In this document: one piece after another, positions 55,085 through 64,000 of the stretch
Layout: the number at the start of each line of letters is the position of its first letter
Position numbering within the stretch: the stretch's first letter is position 1
Source of the DNA: Octopus sinensis
Taxonomy: Eukaryota
Direction: 5' to 3'
Assembly: GCF_006345805.1 (NCBI RefSeq)
Contig: NW_021837025.1
Location: forward strand, 1 to 64,000
Length of the DNA stretch: 64,000 nucleotides
Translations under genes and position numbers: made by a program
Notes under the pieces: generated by a model
Databases searched by the model: none
What the model was told of the DNA's origin: nothing
Seen by the model: only the letters and a program-made list of their open reading frames with translations

Positions 55085-56367
55085 TTTGTTATTTTTGTGT
55101 TTCCCATTTGTATCATCTTTATTTCCAATCGGATTAGGCGACCTTTAAGTTCTGTTTAATGCTCCCGATATGTCCTATGAGGCCAAGTGTACGTCAACCT
55201 GGTCCTGTGATCGAAACCCCCAAGACAATCAGCAGTCTTTAGAATTATTATTGGTCTACAGTTTTTCGTCGGCTCTTCAGATTTCCCGATTTCTCTATAA
55301 AAATTCTTTTGCTATCGTGACAGAGTGAGTTTTACAAATATATCATTCAACATTTTTACAGCTCGATGCTTATTTTGAGATAGAAATAAGTCGGTTACTC
55401 ATGTCTGATATTTGGTAGAGAAAAAAGGGAATATCGGCTCGTTAAAAAAGGTGTCAAAATAAAGTTGGATTCGAATATGGCAAGAATCAAAAATAAATTT
55501 GAATTAGGAACAGATATCCGATCCTTGATTAATTACTAGTCAAATTTCTCGGTTATAACTTATGTTTTGCTATACGTGTGCTTCACTTAAAAAATTAAGC
55601 TGTGATTAGGAATTCATTAAAAATTGAGATTATGGCAAAATATCGACCGAGAAAATAGTTGAGAAATTACAATCATGTTTTAGTTTTCCACCAACTACAT
55701 CTCCTGAGCGAATTTACAAATTACGACGACAATGCATGTTGTACGCAATAATGATTAATCAAAAAATTAAAGCTCATTCTTTTATGTCCAAATGATTATG
55801 AAAGGAGACAATATTTGAATGCTGATGGAATGTATAATTTTATCTTATAATTTTACCAGCTTGAAGACTTGTAGCAATCTGAGAGGGGTTATTTTTGTTT
55901 AAGTAACAAGAGAACTCATTCATGCGAGGATGACCTCCTTATTTGCGGAAGGATTATCGCATAGTATATTTTCATTAATAATATTTTAGTTGTCTCAACA
56001 TGCAATTCGCTTATTTGGTAGCTCCCACGGCCTTAATATGAGTGTTAAATCAGATAATTTATTACAATAATATATCTAATTTATTAAGTAATGTTTTGGC
56101 TACAATGTGGCAATTTTACAGCGACTGCCTACTTAAATGTTTACTGGTTTAGAAACGAAATATAAAGACGCCAGCTCTCTCACCATCGTCCACCAAAGAA
56201 AGCTGTCTCAAAATATATGAGCACTCAGATATGTCTGCGATAGTCTTCTCTGTTGAATGAAGTTGTATTATCATCAAAAGCATACATCAAAGGAAACAGG
56301 CTTATTTACAATGGGAATCGTTCCCGCCAATATATAAATGCGCGCGTTCGTTGGCAGTTTAGTTTGA

Positions 56368-56798
56368 ATGAACAATTGTTGGTTGTCAGTTCCCGTTTGT
56401 GCTCAGTTCTGCCAAAATAAGTGTCCTCTATCCTCGGACGAGTGTGTCTACGCACACCCAAAGGCGGGAGTGGAAATCATAAATGGTCAGACCACCACCT
56501 GCTATGACTACCTCAAAGTAAGTGTTGTTTATGTAATTATCCGAATAAATGCTTTCGGGGCAAATGTAAGTTCTATCACCCTCCCAAACATATTGGCCAA
56601 AGGGTGACTAGTCAGGGAACTCGGCAACGAACGAACACTCCACTCATCTGTCCAGTAAATATTCATGTTGATCATCACTAGTTAATGATCCCCGTCCTCT
56701 GCTTACAAAATGACCCAATTCCCTGTTACGCGGTTGTGCCGTACTTGATGTACCCCTTCTGTTTGCAGTACCATGCGAGTTTCACTGAGGACAACTAG
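56368..56798 (+). CDS. MBNL: Muscleblind-like protein with a single tandem CCCH pair
   Basis: WLSVPVCAQF...C....ECVYAHP...IINGQTTTCYDYLK|NKCFRGKCKFYHPP. The first intron appears to end in CG (56518-56543). Confidence 0.8.
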
Positions 56799-57279
56799 TT
56801 TTGTTAATAAAAGTTTGTTTATGACTCTACTTTGGCCAAGTTGAATTCGATGCAATTGTCATTATCTCAATTGATTGTAAATAGACAAGGGTTCCTTCAG
56901 ATTTTGTGTTATTCTTCTGCTAGTACAATTCCATTACTCTGAACATTCTACAGAAACATTCATGACCCACTATTTGTAAAATTATTTTCAACTTGACACA
57001 TTGTCATTTTTATAAATATCGCTTATTCGGCAATATTGTTAAAACATCAAAGATAACTCAATACTGAAAGTTTAGTATGGTTTTAAGAAACAAGATCAAA
57101 GAAATATATTCGAGTTTTCTAAAAGTATTTTCACTGCCTCCTTTATACAGCATTTTGAGAAATGTTTACAATTTGAATATAGCAATGCTTATTTTCTTGG
57201 CTTAAAATTATTATAACTTATTAAATTTTTATTGCTCTCTGTTTTCAATTCTGAACATCGCCTTTGACAAAATCGGTTG

Positions 57280-57480
57280 AACCCAAGAAAACTTCCTGTC
57301 AGGTTCGGAGAGATCGGCTTCCGATCGCCCAAAGACTGGTTGCCAGAAGCTGCTAACTTGTCCGAGAGATTCTACTCCTTTTCAATGAACTCTCTTTGGA
57401 TTTACTGGCTGATGACCTGCAAAAATTTTGGACCGCAGCCAACCCCCTCTGAGATGTGCAGACAGAGGACTGGGACGAGA
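57280..57480 (+). mobile_element. CRE-like fragment (post-RT region)
   Basis: LPVRFGEIGFRSP parallels LPVSFGGLGIRNP at 42.93 kb. Confidence 0.55.
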
Positions 57481-57956
57481 TTTAGGCACACTCCGTTTCC
57501 ATTCTACAGCCCCTACTAGACCAACACGCCTGGCCTGCCTGCATTCCACAGCACACAAGCACATGGTTCCTGGCTCAACGCCTTTCGTCGAAATTAACGG
57601 ACTCGTTGTTAAATGACGAGACCCTCTGGAATATACATAAAATAGAAAAACTAAAATTACGCTTTTTCCCAAAAAAAAGAACACAGGGTACTTGCTTAGG
57701 TTCAAAAGGGTGATGTCCACTAAGTCAAAAATTACTCTTATTGTTGCTAAAAGACCTAAAGATCGCCATACTGCAAATTTAGTAGATTTGAGAAAGTATG
57801 TTAGCCTTAATAGCGATAATGAATGGGTATTCTTTTTTTAATATAAATTGTTTTTTTAGAAACAAATAATATTTTAACAAAAAACTTGTAAAAACATGTT
57901 AGGGGTTTGCAATCGACGCTTAATTTAATAAATTCTTAATTGTAAAACGATTAGAT

Positions 57957-60031
57957 CAGGGGTGCGCAAGTGCGGCCGTGAGTCGATGAATGTGCGGCCG
58001 TGGGCACAATTAGGTCATCGAGCAACTAATCTTAAATATAATGCTCATAGTATTAATAAATCAAGAAAAACCCTAAATAATAATTAAAAATATTCATATT
58101 AAATAAAATTCTATTTTTATATAATGGTTAACCTTTATTAAAAGTAATTATCATAAACGGTTTAATTTATTTATGTCATTACCTGTTAAAAGACGACGTT
58201 CTTTGAATTAAGAAAAAAGAAAATTTAATATCAACTGTGAAAGTGAATACTTCGTAGTCGAAACAGACAACAATAGCATACAATGCTTATTGTGCCATGA
58301 GATTGTGAAAACTATAAAACGGGACAATGCTAAACAACATTTTCAAAGACATTTAGACCACCTAGTTGTCAAGTCCAAGTGTTCAAGAGAAGATTCCGCC
58401 GAAAATTTGAAATACAAATTAAGACAACAAAAAAAATGTTTAAAAACTTTTTTAAATGTGGCAAATGCAAGAGTTGAAGCATCCTTTCGAGTTGCTCATA
58501 TCCTTGGATCTGCTGGAAAACCTTTTTCAGACGGCGAACTTATGAAAAGATGTATCATGGAATCAGTTAAATGCATTGATCCCGACAAGGAGCATAACTT
58601 TGAAGCAATTCCACTTTCACGTGACACAATTCAGCGCCGAAAGTTTCATATTGCCGAGCATCTTAATCTATCACTCTTACAAAAATTAAATTCTCAAACT
58701 ACTTTATTTTCACTTGCCATTGATGAGTCGAATGATATATGTGATTCTGCTCAGCTGATCATATTTATTCGTACTCTATCCTTCGATTTTGAAATACATG
58801 AGGATTTTCTATCCATGAAGTCACTACCTGGAAATGTACGGGGTCAAGATATATTTAAAATAGTTAAACAATGTTGTTTGGAATTCAAATTGGACATGAC
58901 ATGTCTAAGAGGAATATGCACAGATGACGCACCAGCAATGTTGGGTAGAAAACAAGGATTTGTTGCACGCCTAACTGAATATGTCTCAGAAGAGTATAAC
59001 AATAAATCAGTTATTGGCAAGAAATATTCTCGTTGTATTCGGAAGAACATATTTATGTGAGTCTACATTTTCCAAAATGAAATATTTAAAAAGTCAATAT
59101 AGATCTCGGATAACGGATACAAACTTAGAGTCATGTTTGCGCATAATGATATCTATCCTACCAGTGGATTTCAATAAGCTCGCAAAAAATACCAAAGATC
59201 CTGGCCGTCATTAGAATAACTTGTATAATACATTTCTTTTAATTAATTTTCCTTCTTTCTTATCTTTTTTCCATGAAATAATTATTTATTTTAATAATAT
59301 GATGTCGCTGATGAACGAGAGCATTTCCTGTCCAAGAACTCATTCGGTCTCGATGACAATGGGCAACTTATGCGGTCACTTTTAATAATTAAAAAAAATT
59401 ACTATATTAATATCGAAAAAATAATGCAGAAAATGTGCGGCCGTGGAAGAGAAAGAAAAATAAATGCTATGCGGCCGCAAACCGGGTGACTCAAAAATCT
59501 CAGAAAATCCTCGGGGTGACTTACGACAGTCATATGTGTTTCTCTCAACAAGTCGATAATATTACTACGAGGTGCATGAAGAAACTGAACATCTTGAAAG
59601 TGTTTCTTCGTAAATGCAGACAGTGTATCAGCTTCCCCGCACGACAAGCCTTATACCGGCAATTCATCGAACCCTCCCTTAGCTATGCTTGTGAGGCGTG
59701 GGGAGGGTTTATCAGTGGAACGAACCGCGCTAAAATCGAGAAAACTCAAGATCGCTTCCGAAAAGCACTGCAGGGACCGAACGAACATCTACTCATCGCC
59801 CCATTTAATGAAATCTTGAGAAGAAACCTCGGGGATACAGGGCCTAAAACACCACCACCGCGCCCTCACAGAAATTGTGCCGGGACAAGGGAGGAGCACC
59901 GGGCAAAGTTGAGGACCCTCCTCAGAGAAGCCGGGATCACCTGATTAATTAGTTTTATGTTTTGGACGGTGATCTTGGTTCTAATAATAATAATAATGCG
60001 GCCGCAAACCCAAAAAGCTTGCGCACCCCTA
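57957..60031 (+). mobile_element. hAT (SPIN/GTF2IRD2-like) deletion derivative, copy 2, with a nested LINE
   Basis: Same TIRs as 31169-32338; TSD gattagat (57949-57956 and 60032-60039); N-terminal transposase (GKPFSDGE, SLAIDESND, CTDDAPAM) joined to the C-terminal end. Confidence 0.92.
59484..59995 (+). mobile_element. 5'-truncated APE-LINE insertion with a 15-bp TSD
   Basis: TSD atgcggccgcaaacc at 59469-59483 and 59996-60010; ILGVTYDS...REAGIT* followed by (TAA)n. The empty site is visible near the 3' end of copy 1 (~32303-32317). Confidence 0.92.
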
Positions 60032-60139
60032 GATTAGATAGTCACTACTGGACCAACACGCCTGGCTTGCTTGTTAATTGATAGGTTGCCAGTGCGACAT
60101 ATGCCTCATTGAGAGAACAAAGTATGCCTCATTGGAGAA

Positions 60140-60400
60140 CCCTGCCTTTTCGTCCCCCTGGCTTTCGAAACGAGCGGGATAATCGGCCCAAAAGCTCTTG
60201 AGTTCCTTTCGGAAATCGGCTTGATGATCTCAAAGAAGAGTCACGAGAGACGTGAGTCTAGTTGGCTTTTTCAGCGCATTTCGCTCGCGATATCGCGAAA
60301 CTGCTATCTATTCGCGCGTCCTCTCAATCAAAGATTAACATCATTAATTTACTTAATTAACAATTATTTTAGTTTAATAAAAAAAAATGAAAAAAAAAAA
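60140..60400 (+). mobile_element. CRE-like 3' end with poly(A)
   Basis: LAFETSGIIGPKALEFL...SWLFQRISLAI, then A-rich tail. Confidence 0.75.
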
Positions 60401-60907
60401 AAAAAGTGCGACATATTATTTATTGTTTTTCTTGGTATTGTCTTTTGGAACATACATATGGAAAATATGATTTTTTATAAGAAATTTTTTTTAATATGGT
60501 CAATTTGCAAGATGGGCAATTTGCAAGAGTGAAGTATATTAGCACTTGAGGCACGTAAAAGTCTAAACTGACGCCTTTGCCAATTACACAATTCTAAACT
60601 GACGCCTCGCGAGGCTGGTCGGGTGTCTCGTGAGGCCTTTAATTAACTTAGCTATCTTTAATTTCTTTCTTGCTTTCATAACAATAAACTATCATTTAAA
60701 AAAAAAAAAAGTCAGTTAATTATTTTGAGTAATTCGAATTGAGGAATGAGCGAGTTTTTCTTGTCTTTAGTTTTTTCTTAATAAGTATTTATAATCATTT
60801 TTTTGTAACGAAATGGTAAATCTAATTTTCAAATTTTAATTTTATTTTTGTAATAATAGTTGAACTGATTTTTTATAAATATCAACCAGTTTCAATCGCA
60901 TTTAACA

Positions 60908-61816
60908 ATGTTTTTTCACAAGAAATATAAAGTACTGTTAATCATGTCTGTTTTCCTCATCATACTATATCATCTTGTATGCCCAAAAAAGCCGGAAACA
61001 GTAAACAATGAAGATTTTTTAATAGTTTCTGCCTACTACAATCTTGGGGAATTTTTGAAGCCAGACGGAATTCGGAAGCCTTCCCAGTACTATGTGTGGA
61101 TTTATAAATACGGTTTTGTGAAAAATCACATTGTGTTTTTCTCGGATAGCAAATCTTTTCTCGACCAACTGTTAAAGGTCCGAAAAGGAAAACAAACCAC
61201 TGCCATTTATCTTTCTCGTTGGGAGTTGATTGGATTTAAAAATATTCAGAAAATACAGGAAATATTCACTCTTCCGGGTTATGGAAAGCACCCACTCCAA
61301 ACGGGGAATTTCGAGTATTCGGCAATCGTGAATTCCAAACACGAACTAGTCGAAAGGGCCATTCGAATGTTTTCAAATACGTACTCGTATTTTGCATGGA
61401 CAGACATGGGGTTATTGCGTAATACCGACCCTCAAATGGACTATAGTTTTACAACTTCCAAATACATTGACAATACCAGCATTGTCTGGTCCCAGGTAAG
61501 AGATTTTCACGAAGAATCCATGGATATAATCACCAAAGACGCCAAAGAGTGGGTTGCGGGTGGCATGTTCCTTGGTCATGCCAAAGTCCTCCTCCAGTTC
61601 TGCGAAACGTACAAAAAATTATTTTATAAACTCCTGGACCTCAATTTAATCGCTACAGACGAACAAACTCTCTACATTCTCTTCACCCGTCAAGGACGGG
61701 CTCTAGCAGACAGTAATGTCAATATGCACGTGTACAATTGCGGGTTTTTCGGACTTTACACTCTCTTTTCAAATTTTAAAACTACTGACAAATGTGATCT
61801 CAGGGAAAAACCATAA
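60908..61816 (+). CDS. HtrL/YibB-family glycosyltransferase-like type II membrane protein, paralog 2 (intronless, 302 aa)
   Basis: Uninterrupted ORF: TM segment, IVSAYYNLG, HIVFFSD, NSKHELVERAI, YFAWTDMGLLR, WVAGGMFLG, IATDEQTLY. Confidence 0.75.
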   Translation: MFFHKKYKVLLIMSVFLIILYHLVCPKKPETVNNEDFLIVSAYYNLGEFLKPDGIRKPSQYYVWIYKYGFVKNHIVFFSDSKSFLDQLLKVRKGKQTTAIYLSRWELIGFKNIQKIQEIFTLPGYGKHPLQTGNFEYSAIVNSKHELVERAIRMFSNTYSYFAWTDMGLLRNTDPQMDYSFTTSKYIDNTSIVWSQVRDFHEESMDIITKDAKEWVAGGMFLGHAKVLLQFCETYKKLFYKLLDLNLIATDEQTLYILFTRQGRALADSNVNMHVYNCGFFGLYTLFSNFKTTDKCDLREKP

Positions 61817-62199
61817 CTACAAAAATAACTAGTTAATACTAATCAAACAAATTCTTTCTAAATTCATGTATTTTAAGTTTCTTTTTATTATTTTGATTTC
61901 ATCTTGATCACAAACAATTTTTATGAAAATGTGAAAAGCGTTATAGCTTTACTGTCCTGAATAAACAATATCCAAAATATCATTTTTGTTAGTAGGAGGA
62001 ATTGAATTGATGTATTTTCTATTACTAAACAGACAACACTTGCTTTTTAAGAGTTGATATAAAATTTTCTATTTGAGTTTTTGTATATCACGGGGAATTT
62101 TTCTTAATTGCTGAATTTAAGAATAAAATTCATTCTGAAAGAAAAAAATTTTTAGTTGCCTAAATGTTGTTTTTCCTAAATTCTACATTTACGCTGTTA

Positions 62200-62850
62200 T
62201 TAGGTAGGGTTATAAAAATAGACAGCTTCACTTATGTGATTTGTCCAATTTTTATCCCCTTCATTCTTCATCATTTTCGATAAGGATCTTGTTAAGGTTT
62301 GATTAAACCTTTCCACAATTCCTTGGCTTCTGGGATTATTTGGCCTGCTGTGGACTTGCTTAATCTTAAATCTTTTGCACAATTCATGAATATGTGCATT
62401 TTTAAATTCAGTCCCATTGTCAGACTGCAATATTTGACAAGGGCCAAATTGTAAAAAAATTTCAAGAAAATTTTTGGACACTTCATGTCCACTTTTATTG
62501 ACAAGATTACGTGTAAACACAAATTTAGAAAAAACGTCGATAACAACCAAGATCCATGCAAATGAATCATTTAAGTGTTTAAACCTACAATAAACAAATG
62601 AATTACATTTTTATGAATTACAGGGGTTTCCCCAGATAGAGGGGTTTTCTAATATTAACGAAAAAAACTAACGTTTTGTTAATTTAAAACCAAAAGATGT
62701 TTATTCTTAATTTCATTTAACAATTTTAGTCTTTACTTGTCGGCAAATGATCCGTTATTTTCGCTCCGAATTTGTACTTTTGAATTAATCGATCCATTGT
62801 CAAATTAATCGATCCAAAACGACCTTGTCGAGAAATGAATGTTTATCACT
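62200..62850 (-). mobile_element. Ginger/KRBA2-like rve integrase relic
   Basis: VVIDVFSKF, ILQSDNGTEF, SRPNNPRSQGIVERFNQTL (D,D,E); an upstream zinc-binding-domain-like remnant near 62760-62830. Confidence 0.8.
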
Positions 62851-63240
62851 ATTATCGGGTTCTCTGAAGCCCTCAGAACCTTCACATCCATCAAAATTAC
62901 ATCCATCAAAACAACAGAAACACGTTATTATTAGTTATTATAAAATAAAATTCAAAAATTATAACTAAAAAATATATAAAATATTAAATGCCCCATAACG
63001 GGGTTTATCTTATAAAGAATAAACAGAAAAGCTCCTAATAGAAATTCAAATTGCCCCAAAACCCGAGGGTGCCCCACGTCCGGGGTCGCCCCAATAAGGG
63101 GTTGCACTGTATTCATATTTATACATTCTGACTTTTTTTTGAACACGACCCATAAAGATAACTAGAAATCACGGTTAGAAATAAAAAATTATTGACTTCT
63201 AACATAAGATTTTAATTTTTCAAATATTAGCAATCGCCCA

Positions 63241-63256
63241 CCGTTGAGAACCACTG
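63241..63256. mobile_element. Solitary hAT-type terminus
   Basis: ccgttgagaaccactg followed by atttaacg; ggggtcgcccc subterminal-like motif upstream near 63080. Confidence 0.5.
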
Positions 63257-63378
63257 ATTTAACGTGCTACAAATTAAGTAAAGACACAATTTATAAGCAA
63301 TTTTGTGAAAGTGAATGTCCGAAATGAGCATGAGAACTAATTTTCCCGACAAAGACGTCGACTGGAACTTGGCTGACC

Positions 63379-64000
63379 TCAAGAACAGTCAGTATTGGCA
63401 GAAGTATTATTAGTAATGACACGATTTGTGTGTCTAGTAGTTGGTCTAAAAGACAGCAGAAATTGGTCAGTCCTCAATGTGTTCAGAATTCCTTTCCGGA
63501 AGGGCAGGTTGGCAGTCAGTCGAAAGAACACGTGATTGTCGACAGACCTCTTCCATAAACTTTTGGCCTGTCTTTGATCCTTCATTCGATATGTTTGGGT
63601 CGTGTACGTGCCTTTTTGTCTGAACTTGACAATAAAGTGGAGTCCTCTGTACGACAGTTTGACAATCTTTATTCACGTGAATCGGAACATCCTGAGACTG
63701 TCCAAATATATCACAATTCCAATGCAGCCCACTCCGAATGTGACTGCCAGTCCGTCGATTACTTCCCCCTCAAAAAATTCGAAACTATAGCGTGGGAGTT
63801 TTCTGACGATGTCGAGGAAGTGCACGTCGGCCTCCGTGTTGGTAAGTTGATTCAACATTTTGTGGGCCTCCCGAATGGTGGCCAAGTATTCCATCGAGGG
63901 ATTATCCATCAGAACGTGATTGATGGCCTTCTTCTGGTAGTCCTCGGTCATTTGGTACTCTCCCAACTCACTCTGGAGAAGTAGGAGGCTAACAGTGTCT
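63379..64000 (-). CDS. Band 4.1-family FERM/FA-domain protein, 3' part; extends beyond the window
   Basis: FLDIVRKLPRYSFEFF, FGVGCIGIVIYLDSLRMFRFT, RIVKLSYR, AKSLWKRSVDNHVFFRL. Confidence 0.75.

Noticed and set aside
60585-60640. Direct repeat taaactgacgcct plus a GC hairpin
   Set aside because: No partner terminus, TSD or RNA family signature; probably TE debris.

Overview
This window is eukaryotic and almost certainly metazoan (MXD, EVI1/PRDM16-like, HMG20, muscleblind and band-4.1 genes). Compact gene islands alternate with AT-rich tracts of decayed transposons. Recognisable host genes are BLM-type RecQ, MXD, MED13, lipin, an EVI1/PRDM16/hamlet-like zinc-finger gene, VPS26, uridine phosphorylase, TSEN34, IMPAD1/BPNT2, HMG20, NUP93, MBNL, a band-4.1 FERM gene, two HtrL/YibB-family glycosyltransferase-like paralogs and two poorly assignable small genes. 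Nearly all are broken by very short spliceosomal introns (20-28 nt), which is why the ORF track is fragmented. This architecture suggests a genome-reduced parasitic animal (myxozoan- or dicyemid-like); that is an inference only. Mobile DNA includes Helitrons, Buster/SPIN-type hAT elements with verifiable TIRs and 8-bp TSDs, a pogo/Tigger relic, an APE-type LINE family with (TAA)n tails, CRE-like and R4-like RLE retroelements, and integrase relics. The most striking part is the first 9 kb. It holds a decayed partitivirus-like RdRp endogenous viral element (EVE), a rhabdovirus-like glycoprotein EVE fused in sense to the 3' end of an RLE retroelement, and a TIR-bounded element carrying about 1.3 kb of telomere-like (CCCTAA) higher-order satellite. 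All family assignments come from motif recognition by eye; no database search was run.
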